A stretch of 64,000 nt of DNA from Spirochaetia bacterium. GTDB taxonomy: Bacteria; Spirochaetota; Spirochaetia; CADAEX01. Each line of letters starts with the position of its first letter. The stretch's first letter is position 1. The position numbers and the translations under genes were made by a program. Below the pieces are notes generated by a model. The model saw only the letters and a list, made by a program, of their open reading frames with translations, searched no databases and was not told where the DNA came from. The stretch is from the NCBI GenBank assembly GCA_963662265.2, contig CAXXHA010000039.1, positions 24,598 to 88,597 of the forward strand. The letters run 5' to 3'. Below, piece after piece: positions 39,899-49,735 of this stretch.

Positions 39899-42160
39899 TC
39901 AACCCCTGTTTTCCGCTTCAGGCAGCAACAGTGTGAAGATACTCCCTTTTCTGTAATCATCCCTGCTTGCCTGGGAAAAGACCAGGTCGCCGCCGTGCTG
40001 TTTCATTATTTTTTTTGCAATTGCAAGCCCCAGACCTGTTCCTTTCGAGTCTGAGGTTATGCTTGTATCAATTCTGTAGAAATCCCTGAATATTTTTTTC
40101 CTGTGCTTCCTGTGAATCCCCTTGCCCCTGTCTTCTATGCTGACAGAAACCCTGCTGTTTTCAGCTTCAGATGATATTTTTATATATTTTTCACTGACTG
40201 AATACTTGAATGCATTGGAAAACAGGTTTATGAAAACCTGGATAATCCCTTCTCTGTCACAGTTTACATAGAGGGGGCTTCTGCTGAGGCTGATATCCAG
40301 TTTAAATCCGTTTCTCCCGCAGTCTTCTTCAAAGGCGGGAATAATGCTTCTTATGATTTCATTGATATCGCAGATTTCAGGATTAAATCTCTTAGTCCCT
40401 TTTTCAAGTTTTGCAAAATCAAGAACATTGTTTATCAGCCTGGTAAGCCGCTGGCTCTCGGATGCTATATAACCTGAATATTTCTTTATCTTTTCAGGGT
40501 CTTTCTGGAATCCCTCAGACATCATCTCTGAATACATTCTGATTGAGGTCAGCGGTGTTTTAAGTTCATGTGATACATTTGTAACAAAACCGACCCTTTG
40601 CTGGACATTTTTAAGCCTGGAAGAGGAATATCTGTAAACTGCAGTGATCCCTGTAAAAATAAGCATGCAGAGAAAAAGTACAAGCAGTAACATGAAGTAC
40701 CTGGAGCTCTGGATCTGTTTTTCAACCTCCTCAGGATTTTTCAGCAGTATTGCTGTTTCCCAGTAGGGGAGGAGTTCGCTTATTTCTTTTGCAACAAACG
40801 GTTTTCTCCATTTTCCGCTTTCAATACCGCTGAAATCAATAAGGGGAGTCCCGCTCCTGTCTATTATGTTAATATATCTGAATGAATTCTCAGTGCTCCC
40901 GGCAGCTTCTGTAAGCCTCCTGCTGAATTCCTCCATGTTGATTTCACACCCGGTAATTCTGTCTCCCTTTTTCTCCCAGAACAGAAGTATGAATGTGCTG
41001 TCAAATGTTCTCGGAATAATTCCGTAATCTGAGCCGGAAGTGATTTCATTAAAGTATTTTGATGATTCGATGTAAACAGACCTTATAACAGTCTGGGGAA
41101 TTTCCGTTCTCTCTGTAAGTGCTATCTGGGGTATCAGGTTCCTGGTAAGGTACTGCTGCCCCTCTTCTTCAGCTTTCGTATAAATCTGTTCCTGTACAGC
41201 TGTATCTGATTCAAATATTTTAAATGCTTTTTTTGATCTTGCGGCTGAAGATTCAGCTAGCCCTGCTTCCTCCTTCTTTTCTGTGTCCCGGGAGGCTGTG
41301 GGGAGCTCTTCTTCAGAGATCATGTTTTTTTCAGCCGGCAGGTCAGGTTCAATACCTGATTCTGAAGAAGTATTTTCCGTTTCCCTGATATCCATATAAA
41401 TGTCATCAGCAGCAGGATACAGGGAATTTTTCTCTTTTGAATATTCCATGCTGCGCTTATCAGCTGAAGCAGCCTGTAAAGCCCCTGCAAATTCTGTTTC
41501 TTTCCTGATATCCAGAGTATTATCAATCCCTTCTTCAGAAGCTTCTTCTTTACCTGTATAGGGACCTGTATCGGGCTTCTGTTTTTCCTCTGGCAGAGCT
41601 TTTTCCACCTGTAAACTGTTTTCAGCAATATCGTAGGAAAGTACTTTCTCTTTTCTTAATTCACTGTCTTCTGTTTCAAGTATATCTGTCTCATATGCCT
41701 CTGCAATATTCTTGTAGACAGGGATGGATTCGCTGTTTGAGAATAGGTTCAGATAGCGCCAGTGAAAAAGGTCTGCAGTCTTTTTTTCTGCACTGCTGCT
41801 GCTTCTTATGTCGGGATAAATTATTGATCTGTCTTCTGAAAGTATGAAAGGGATACCTGCAAGAGCTTCAGTCTCTTTCCAGCTGAGAAGCTTTTTTTCA
41901 TAATCCGAACCGGTTATATCAGGTGATGATTCATGAAGTTCCTGTACAATGCTGTCTATTGTGAGCCTCAGGATAGTATTAGTTCTGTCAAGTTCTAGAA
42001 GCAGTGTATCTTCAAGCTGTCTTTTCTGTACCATTTCCTCCTGGTTGACAGCCCTTACAGCAAAGTAGGAAAGAATGACAGCCGGAACAAAAACAATCAA
42101 AAGGAAGAGTATAATTATAAGCTGCTGTTTAAGTCTGACCATCATTCTAATTGTATCCAA
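39899..42160 (-). CDS. Sensor histidine kinase with long acidic extracytoplasmic insert
   Basis: Two TM segments; NVSHELKTPLT, NLFSNAFKY, D.GKGI, FYR, GTGLGL; E/D/S-rich region in the sensor part. Confidence 0.93.
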   Translation of the reverse strand: MDTIRMMVRLKQQLIIILFLLIVFVPAVILSYFAVRAVNQEEMVQKRQLEDTLLLELDRTNTILRLTIDSIVQELHESSPDITGSDYEKKLLSWKETEALAGIPFILSEDRSIIYPDIRSSSSAEKKTADLFHWRYLNLFSNSESIPVYKNIAEAYETDILETEDSELRKEKVLSYDIAENSLQVEKALPEEKQKPDTGPYTGKEEASEEGIDNTLDIRKETEFAGALQAASADKRSMEYSKEKNSLYPAADDIYMDIRETENTSSESGIEPDLPAEKNMISEEELPTASRDTEKKEEAGLAESSAARSKKAFKIFESDTAVQEQIYTKAEEEGQQYLTRNLIPQIALTERTEIPQTVIRSVYIESSKYFNEITSGSDYGIIPRTFDSTFILLFWEKKGDRITGCEINMEEFSRRLTEAAGSTENSFRYINIIDRSGTPLIDFSGIESGKWRKPFVAKEISELLPYWETAILLKNPEEVEKQIQSSRYFMLLLVLFLCMLIFTGITAVYRYSSSRLKNVQQRVGFVTNVSHELKTPLTSIRMYSEMMSEGFQKDPEKIKKYSGYIASESQRLTRLINNVLDFAKLEKGTKRFNPEICDINEIIRSIIPAFEEDCGRNGFKLDISLSRSPLYVNCDREGIIQVFINLFSNAFKYSVSEKYIKISSEAENSRVSVSIEDRGKGIHRKHRKKIFRDFYRIDTSITSDSKGTGLGLAIAKKIMKQHGGDLVFSQASRDDYRKGSIFTLLLPEAENRG

Positions 42161-42169
42161 TATTACCGA

Positions 42170-43294
42170 TTATTCAAGAATAAAACCTTTTTCCTTTACA
42201 GCTTCCCTGACAGTATCAATTATAGCTGTATCAAGAGTGTTTTCAGTGAGTTCTTTTTCACGTTCCTTTTTCACGTATTCATCTCTTTCAGCGCTCAGCT
42301 TTGCTATTTCATCCTGTATGTTTTTTCTTTCCGCCTTGAGCTTTTCAACATATTCCTTCTTTTCACTGTCGCTGAGACCTGCAATTTCAGGCGGAAGTTC
42401 ATCTGTATCCATTTCTTCGAGATTTATTTCACCCTCTGAATAAGCATCGACAATATCCCATGACGAGTTTGAATAGCTTGGGGATGATTTTACCTTTGCC
42501 CGTTCAAGAAAACTTCCCATACTCAGCTGTGATGCGTTGCTGTCCTGCATTGCCTGCATCTCTTTCTTTTCCCTGCCTGCCTTGCCGTATCCCAGGTATG
42601 TTTCATTCAGCTTCCTGTTCAGTTCCTCAATCCTGTCATCCTGCGGTGCATAGATATATCTTTGTGCATAATCGCTGTTTATATTCATATACCTTCCGTG
42701 ACCCAGGTAGGCGCCATGCTGCCAGTTTGTCGAGATCCCTTCCCTGTGATCGCCGCAGAATATAGTGTTTACTGTTATATCCCTGTTTACAGATTTTCTG
42801 CATGAAGCTGTATAATCCACCGATCCCTGGTTAAACGGCTCATTCCCTGCAATGAAAATCATTTTAAGTGTTTCGGGATTTCTGTCCCAGTCAAGCCTTC
42901 CTACTGCTTTTTCTATGACTTCTCCGCAGTATTCGCTTCCGCCGTTTGTTGTAAGCTGGAAAAGGTTGTGGGATATGAAATCAAGATCTGTTGTAAACGG
43001 GACAATCTGCCTGATATATCCCCTCATCATTGAAAGGTTGTCATTTCCGTATTCATAAAGCGCCACTTCAAGAACAGGGGCTCTTCCGTTTCTTCTTGCC
43101 CTTCCTGTTTCAGATACTATTTTCCAGAGCTGGCTCTTTGCCTGGTTTATCAGTCCGTCCATGCTGTTTGATGTATCAAGCAGAAGCGCTATCTGAATAA
43201 CAGGCCTGTCATCAAGGGTCTGTGCAGATAAAGGCAGTGCCTGTATTGTAACCATGAATGCTGCAGCCAATAGAATAGTTATTATTTTTTTCAT
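42170..43294 (-). CDS. Secreted vWA domain protein
   Basis: Signal peptide; MIDAS DTSNS, TNGG.EYCG, IAGNEPF, VNTIFCG; C-terminal coiled coil; AGGAG RBS. Confidence 0.88.
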   Translation of the reverse strand: MKKIITILLAAAFMVTIQALPLSAQTLDDRPVIQIALLLDTSNSMDGLINQAKSQLWKIVSETGRARRNGRAPVLEVALYEYGNDNLSMMRGYIRQIVPFTTDLDFISHNLFQLTTNGGSEYCGEVIEKAVGRLDWDRNPETLKMIFIAGNEPFNQGSVDYTASCRKSVNRDITVNTIFCGDHREGISTNWQHGAYLGHGRYMNINSDYAQRYIYAPQDDRIEELNRKLNETYLGYGKAGREKKEMQAMQDSNASQLSMGSFLERAKVKSSPSYSNSSWDIVDAYSEGEINLEEMDTDELPPEIAGLSDSEKKEYVEKLKAERKNIQDEIAKLSAERDEYVKKEREKELTENTLDTAIIDTVREAVKEKGFILE

Positions 43295-43307
43295 TTTTTT
43301 CTCCTTT

Positions 43308-43532
43308 GCAGGTGCCCTGAAAACTTGTCCGGTTTTCCTGATCGGCATCATGCACACAGAAATCGCTCTCTGGGGATTCCCTGGCAGATGCCTTGAAAAC
43401 CTGTGCGGTTTTCCTGATCGGCATCATGCACACAGAAATCGCTCTTTGGGGATTCCCTGGCAGATGCCTTGAAAACCTGTCCGGTTTTCCTTACCGGCAC
43501 CATGCATACAGGAATCGCTCTTTGGGGATTCC
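43308..43532. repeat. Three tandem 76-bp repeats, each with two hairpins
   Basis: Units start at 43308, 43384 and 43460; 5-6 differences between neighbours; stems GATGCC/GGCATC, GAAAACC/GGTTTTC, AATC/GATT. Confidence 0.95.
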
Positions 43533-43580
43533 TTATAACACTTAAGATGATTTAAGTGTAAATCTGCTTTGGATTTCAGT

Positions 43581-43619
43581 TGTCAAAGCGGTGTAAAAGG
43601 TTGTAAAAAAAATGTAAAA
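43581..43619 (-). promoter_or_regulatory. Four phased TGT(C/A)AAA direct repeats, candidate OmpR-type boxes overlapping TTGACA
   Basis: Repeats at 43581, 43592, 43602 and 43613 (10-11 bp period), upstream of the vWA operon. Confidence 0.55.
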
Positions 43620-43830
43620 AATTATTATCAGCTGCAGGTCTTTTCTACTCATGGTCAAGCGGCTGCCTCTGGTTCTGCATCAATGAATGAAGGATTCATC
43701 GCAATGATGAATATGCAAAGGATCTTCGGTATCCGGTGTTTGAATACGGAACATAAGGGTGGGGATGCGTAGAAACTGCTGACAATGTCGGGGGCAGGTT
43801 CTGAAAAAAAAACAACTTGTATGAATAAAA

Positions 43831-43860
43831 AAAAGACGGCCCGTTTGGCCGCCTTTTTTT
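43831..43860. terminator. Intrinsic terminator downstream of the YopX-like gene
   Basis: AAAAGACGGCC-CGTTT-GGCCGCCTTTT. Confidence 0.7.
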
Positions 43861-43882
43861 ATGGTTAAGATTCCTGTGGTGG

Positions 43883-44299
43883 TTATGAGGCAGATAATAC
43901 AGTGTGAATCTTTTTAAAGATCAACTCGGGATTATCATGGATATTTCCCAGTATTTTCATTGATTTTATTTCACTTTTGAAAATATTTTCATTGTTTGAA
44001 AGATATTTATATTCAACATCATTTCTGTTGACAACTACATATGCTGTCTGGTTGTCGTATGTGACTTCAAGTATATCATCTTCATAAATATCCCTGTCCA
44101 GTGAATCTTTTCTGCAGATAAACTGACCCAGTGTTTTTTCATCAATCTGATATATATGATACCCCTGAGGTATATCAGAACTTTTATCCATTCCCCAGAA
44201 AGAAATGAAAGACTCTTGATTACAGTTCAGTCTACTGTAGTATCCGTAGATCCATTCGCCTGTGTTGATCTGTTTTCCGCGGAATTTTATCTCTTTCAT
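43883..44299 (-). CDS. YopX family protein
   Basis: MKEIKFRGK...GEWIYG, TLGQF...D....IYEDDIL, ILGNIHDNPEL. Confidence 0.88.
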   Translation of the reverse strand: MKEIKFRGKQINTGEWIYGYYSRLNCNQESFISFWGMDKSSDIPQGYHIYQIDEKTLGQFICRKDSLDRDIYEDDILEVTYDNQTAYVVVNRNDVEYKYLSNNENIFKSEIKSMKILGNIHDNPELIFKKIHTVLSAS

Positions 44300-44626
44300 A
44301 ATTTAAAACTCCTTTAAAAAATATTGATTTTATTAGGGGTATAATAGCTATTATATGACAAATAAAATCAAAATCAAATTTGTAATTAAAATATTAATTT
44401 TGAATTATTTGTTCATTAAAAATCAGTGAAAAATGTAATCTTAAATTTGAAAAATCATAATCACTCAGTTATATTTATAAATACTTCTGTTTGTATTTAA
44501 ATATATATTTACTTAATAGTAATAATTCCTGAATAATTATGCGGAGAATCCTGCCCGGTTTTTTGCATGATATTATCCTGATAACCGGAACACCCAGCCA
44601 ATATCAATTTAAAAAAGGAAATTTTA

Positions 44627-45064
44627 ATGGCTTATTTTGATTGGAGAAAAAAATACTCAGTATCAATCGATGAAATGGATATTCAGCATAAACAGTGGAT
44701 ACAGCTGCTGAATGATTATTATACCTGTATTCAGAATGAACCTGACAGGCTTAAGGAGCATCTTGGAAGGCTGATTTATGAAGTGTCTGTATATGCTGAT
44801 GCTCATTTCGATGCGGAAGAAGATTTAATGCTTCAGTATGAGTATCCCGGATATGATGAAGAAAAACTTGAACATGACAAACTCAGAAAGGAAATTGATT
44901 ATTACAAAAGCAATTATGACAGCGGTAAACTGAAATCTGTGATTGATTTTTCCGATATGTTGAAAAAATGGCTGAAACACCACATTATTGAGTATGACAA
45001 GAGATATGGAGCATATATATATTCCATAGTAGGGGACAAGCAGAAATCCTTTTATTTCTACTGA
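44627..45064 (+). CDS. Bacteriohemerythrin
   Basis: W...YSV.IDEMD.QHK, HF..EE.LM...YP, EH, WL.HHI..YD. Confidence 0.9.
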   Translation: MAYFDWRKKYSVSIDEMDIQHKQWIQLLNDYYTCIQNEPDRLKEHLGRLIYEVSVYADAHFDAEEDLMLQYEYPGYDEEKLEHDKLRKEIDYYKSNYDSGKLKSVIDFSDMLKKWLKHHIIEYDKRYGAYIYSIVGDKQKSFYFY

Positions 45065-45133
45065 AAATTAAAACAGGTGGAAAAAAATGGTGCCAGTTCG
45101 GGTAACATTTGTAAAACAGGTTAGAAATAAAAA

Positions 45134-45165
45134 AAGCTGTAAAGATTAACAAATCCTTACAGCTT
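45134..45165 (-). terminator. Terminator-like hairpin downstream of the tRNA
   Basis: AAGCTGTAA...TTACAGCTT with a U-run on the minus strand. Confidence 0.6.
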
Positions 45166-45181
45166 AATTATTTAAGTTTAG

Positions 45182-45253
<72 letters not shown>

Positions 45254-45396
45254 TTATCAATACCAGCTTGTTTCTTGCTGATGTTTAATATATAAAAAAA
45301 ATCGGAATAAATGTCAATAGATTTACTTGAAAATAAATATGCAATAATGTAGATTTCAGGCATCTAAAGTACCTCTACGAGGGATGGGAGTTTAGT

Positions 45397-45627
45397 ATGG
45401 GAATTAGAGGTGAGGTTTTTTCATCAAGAGTTCAGACTGAGAAAAGAACCTATTTTTTTAATGTAAAAGAGAACAGAAGAGGCGATCTATTCATGAATAT
45501 TGTAGAAAGCACAAAGCACGGGGAATCCGGTTTTGAAAGGCATTCAATAATGGTTTATGAAGAGGATCTTGAAAACTTTACAGAACAGTTTCAAAAAGCT
45601 GTAGATTATATACGGAAGAACTCCTGA
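45397..45627 (+). CDS. PUR-domain (DUF3276/BpuR-like) nucleic-acid-binding protein
   Basis: GEVFS.RV....RTYFFNVKENRRGD.F.NIVES..FERH.I.VYEED...F. Confidence 0.85.
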   Translation: MGIRGEVFSSRVQTEKRTYFFNVKENRRGDLFMNIVESTKHGESGFERHSIMVYEEDLENFTEQFQKAVDYIRKNS

Positions 45628-46168
45628 AACTCTTCCTGTGTATCGGTGAATGCCCCAGTTTTTCCACAAGGCTTCTGTGAAGCTTTGTGGGATAACCTTT
45701 ATGCTTTTCAAAATAATAATCTCTTTCAATCCATGAATACCTGATCATCCACAAGTCTCTTGCAGTTTTTGCAAGAATTGATGCTGCCATGATTTCTTTT
45801 ATTTTTGAATCTCCTTTAACCACAGCCTCCTTGATACAGTCAATATCAGGTGTGTAAAGCCCGTCCACATATGTTATATCTGGTTTAGTGTCAGTCTGAA
45901 GAGATTCATATGCTCTTTTCATTGCAAGAAGTGTTGCGTTATGTATGTTCAGCCTGTCAATTTCTTCCGGCCATCCCCAGCCGATTCCATAATACTGTGA
46001 TTTTTCTATGATGATACTGCAGGCGGAAAGCCTTTTCTTTTCACTGAGTTTTTTTGAGTCGTTCAGAATTTCAACCGGAAAATCATCAGGAAGAATAACT
46101 GCTGCCGCTGTCACCGGGCCGGCAAGAGGTCCTCTTCCTGCCTCATCTATTCCGCAAATAAGCTGCAT
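45578..46168 (-). CDS. rnhB: Ribonuclease HII
   Basis: GIDEAGRGPLAGPV, DSKKL, KGD, AASILAK, HKGYPT, HRKSF. Confidence 0.97.
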   Translation of the reverse strand: MQLICGIDEAGRGPLAGPVTAAAVILPDDFPVEILNDSKKLSEKKRLSACSIIIEKSQYYGIGWGWPEEIDRLNIHNATLLAMKRAYESLQTDTKPDITYVDGLYTPDIDCIKEAVVKGDSKIKEIMAASILAKTARDLWMIRYSWIERDYYFEKHKGYPTKLHRSLVEKLGHSPIHRKSFRSSSVYNLQLFETVL

Positions 46169-46504
46169 ATTTACAATATATATGGACTTGAGATCCTAAG
46201 TCAATTAAAGAGCTTGACCATAATCATTTCATGGTGTTAGATGTATTTTGACGCATCAGCATATTTTAATCGGATTTCAGTCCTTTTGATTCAGTTTCTG
46301 TTTTCCGGCTTCAGTTTTTCAATGAAGTATAATGCAGAATAATTACTGCAGTTGCTGCTGCTGCGTTTTAAAATTCAGGAAGATCATTTAATCAGAGCAG
46401 TTCATTTTTTCAGATGTAATGGTATATCAGCTCCCTTTGTACAGGGTTGTATATTATGTGGAATAAAAAGTGGTCTTCAAATCTATAATATTCAGGTGAA
46501 ATGA

Positions 46505-49307
46505 GTGTTTCTAAAAAGTATAGAGCTATTCGGATTTAAATCATTTGCAGACAGAAGTAAGATCGAGTTTGTTGACGGGATAACCGCGCTTTTAGGCCCT
46601 AACGGATGCGGTAAGAGTAATGTTGTTGATTCAATAAAATGGGTACTCGGAGAGCAGTCCAGCAAGAGCCTTCGGGCTGAAAAAATGGAAGATGTTATCT
46701 TCAACGGTACAGAAGGGAGAAAAGCGCTGAATGTTGCAGAGGTTACTCTCACTCTCTCCAATGATTCAGGTATGCTTAACCTTGATGTTCCAGAAGTTTC
46801 CATTAAAAGAAGGCTGTACCGTTCGGGAGACAGCGAATACTATGTAAACAATACACCTGTAAAGCTTAAAGAACTCAGGGAGCTGTTTTTCGATACAGGG
46901 GTGGGGAAGTCTGCCTACTCAATAATGGAGCAGGGGAAGATTGACCAGGTCCTTTCAACCAAACCGGAAGAGAGGCGGTTTATTTTCGAAGAAGCTGCCG
47001 GTATCACAAAGTACAAGATAAGAAGCGCCGAAGCTGAACGGAAACTTGATAAAACTGAAGAAAACATGCGTCAGGTCGAAAGCATCCTGAGTGAAGTGAA
47101 GAAGTCACATGATACGCTCAAAATCCAGTCGGAAAAAAACAGTTCAGTACAGGGCATACAAGGATGATATTTTCAATGTTGAGATAGATATTCAGCTTCT
47201 CAAATTGAAGAATTTTATTGATCTCAAGGACAGTGCTGAAAAAGAGCTTGCTGCTCTTATTGATAAGAAAGATGTGCTTGATAAGGAGATTGAATCACTC
47301 AATAATTTCCTGGAGGAGAATGCCGGCCTCATAAGTTCAATGGAGAATGAGCAGATAGAGAAGCAGAAGAAGCTTTACGGTATAGACCTTGAGAAAGAAA
47401 ACAAGAAAAACCAGATGAGGATGATTGAAGAGCGGAAAAAGGAGATTGACAGGCAGATTGACTCCTGTATTCTCAGGGAAAAATCGCTCAATGATAAAAT
47501 ATCATCTGTCAGGGAGCAGATAAAGGATAAGGAAGAGCTTCTCTCCAGTATTGATACAAGGCTTGAAGAGGTCGGAAACAGCATTAAAACTTTTGAAGGC
47601 AAGATACACAGCGCTGCGGAAGATATAAATGAAAATGAAAATATAATTATCTCCAGTGAAGAGGAGATAAAGACTCTTGAAAAGAAGCAGCATGAGCTTC
47701 AGAAGGACCTTCGTGATATTACCGAAGATATTGTCCAGCAGCTTGACCGGGACCTGAAGGAGACAGGTTATTCCTTTTCTGAAAGAAAGAAGAGCGAGGA
47801 ATCTGTTATTCAGAGCTTTGAAGAGCTGAAAATTCTTCTCGAAGGACGATTGAATATAATTGAAGACAGCCTGGAACTCGATATTACCGATAAAGAGGAG
47901 TATTTCAGGTTTGCAGATTCTGCTAAAAGTGCTTTTTCAGACAGTATTGAGAAGCTGAAATCAATAAGGGATCATTTTGAAAAATACAAAAGCAGTGTTC
48001 CTGTCTTTATTGATGAATTTCTTGCTCCGGAAGGGATTATTACCCGGAAAAGGGAAATTGATTCGGAAATAGTGAAATCCATTGAAAAGACTGCATCTCT
48101 CAGGGATAAGATTAAAAAACTGCAGGGTGAGAACAAGACACTTTCCCATAAAATAGAGGAATACAGGTCTACCCTGGAAGAACTCAAGGTTGAACAGGTC
48201 AAGATGAAGACCCAGCAGCAGGCCCTGAATGATTCTGTAAAATCACTTGCAAAAAATATTGAAGATCTTGAAAACCAGCTTGCTGACAACAAGGCTGAAA
48301 TAGAAAGCTGTAATGATAGAAAAAAAGAGATTGATATAAGGATAAAGCATCTTGAGAAAGAGGAGAAAGAGCTTTTTGATGCTGAAAAGCAACTTAAAAA
48401 GGAGCTTTCAAAGCTTGAAACAGGGATAAGCAAAAAAAACAGCGACCTGGTTGTGAAACAGAAATCTGTCAGGAATAAAAAAAGCGACCATGATAAGATA
48501 ATCCTCAGAATTGAGAAGTACCATCTTGAAACAGCGACTTATGATACAGAGATAAAAAATATCTATGATAATTTCAGGGACAACTTTTCCCGTGAACTTT
48601 CAGAGTTTGAATCAAGGCTTTTTGAAATAACTGTTCCTCTGAAGGATCTGAAAGAGGAGCTCAGGAAGCTTAAGGAAAATATCAAGAATATGGGGCAGAT
48701 AAACCTCATGGCACCTGAAGAGTATTCAGAAGTCAAGGAAAGATATGATTTTCTTAACAACCAGATAGAGGACCTCACTACTGCAAGGGAAGACCTTAAG
48801 AAAATCACAAAAGAAATAAAGACAGAATCAGAAGAACTTTTTCTCAAGACTTTCGACCAGATTAAAAAGAATTTCTACCAGATATTCAGGCGAATGTTCG
48901 GAGGGGGAAGGGCGGAAATCAAGCTTTCCGATACTGAAAACATTCTTGCATCAGGTATTGATATATATGTACAGCCTCCGGGAAAAAAACTGGAAAATAT
49001 TGCCCTGCTTTCAGGAGGGGAGAGATCGCTCACAGGGGTGGCCCTTCTTTTCTCTACTTTCATGGTTAAGCCGTCCCCGTTCTGTGTTCTTGATGAGATT
49101 GATGCAGCGCTTGATGAAAACAATGTCGGGAAATTTGTAAACCTCCTCATGGAATTCGGAACAAATTCCCAGTTCATTGTTATTACACACAACAAGAAGA
49201 CTGTTACAGGCGCAAAGACATTTCTCGGTGTAACAATGGAGGAATCCGGAGTATCAAGAATCATATCATTCCGGGTCGATAAAAACGGTGAAAAAGTGGA
49301 AGCCTAG
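46505..49307 (+). CDS. smc: Chromosome segregation protein SMC (short form), frameshifted at A7 47133-47139
   Basis: GFKSF, GPNGCGKSN Walker A, Q-loop EQG, LLSGGERS, LDEIDAALD, ITH; removing one A joins the two ORFs. Confidence 0.93.
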
Positions 49308-49735
49308 TGCTGATGAAAAGGATCTGGGAAGCGATAAACAGATTTTTTAAAGAGACTCTTGAAAGATTCCCTTTTTTTAAAGGGGTCTTTTCACTGAAAA
49401 CAGCTTTAGGTGTGCTTGCTGTTCTGCTTTTGATAGCTTTTGTTGCTGCCGGAATCAGGATTATTCCCCGCCTTGCCGGATCTGATGTGAAAAGCATTGT
49501 AAAATCATCTGAAAATGATCTTATTGAAATAGATATAGATATGTCTGATTTCATTATCCCTGAGGAGATCCGGTCTCTCGATGAGTTTAAATGGGTTCCC
49601 TACAGGGGGGTGAAAGATAAATGGGATCAGGAGGATGTGGATGAATTCTGGATCAGCCCTGAAGAAACTGTCAGGCAAGCAGCAGAAGAAAAGAACAGAA
49701 AGCATATTGAAGAGCTTTTTGAGAGTATCCCGTGA
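49307..49735 (+). CDS. Hypothetical membrane protein
   Basis: One TM segment, W-rich C-terminus; operonic with smc. Confidence 0.65.
   Translation: MLMKRIWEAINRFFKETLERFPFFKGVFSLKTALGVLAVLLLIAFVAAGIRIIPRLAGSDVKSIVKSSENDLIEIDIDMSDFIIPEEIRSLDEFKWVPYRGVKDKWDQEDVDEFWISPEETVRQAAEEKNRKHIEELFESIP

Noticed and set aside
43212-43472. ORFs across the repeats and the 21-aa N-terminal extension of the vWA ORF
   Set aside because: By-products of the repeat; the real start is the ATG at 43294, with an AGGAG RBS and a signal peptide
43308-43532. CRISPR array or tRNA cluster reading of the 76-bp repeats
   Set aside because: Units are contiguous with no unique spacers, there are no cas genes, and there is no cloverleaf or T-loop consensus
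43569-43772. 67-aa plus-strand ORF
   Set aside because: TTG start with no RBS; overlaps promoter repeats; no motif
47130-47141. Programmed -1 frameshift in smc at A_AAA_AAC
   Set aside because: Joining the ORFs needs +1, not -1; matches the other extra-base homopolymer errors
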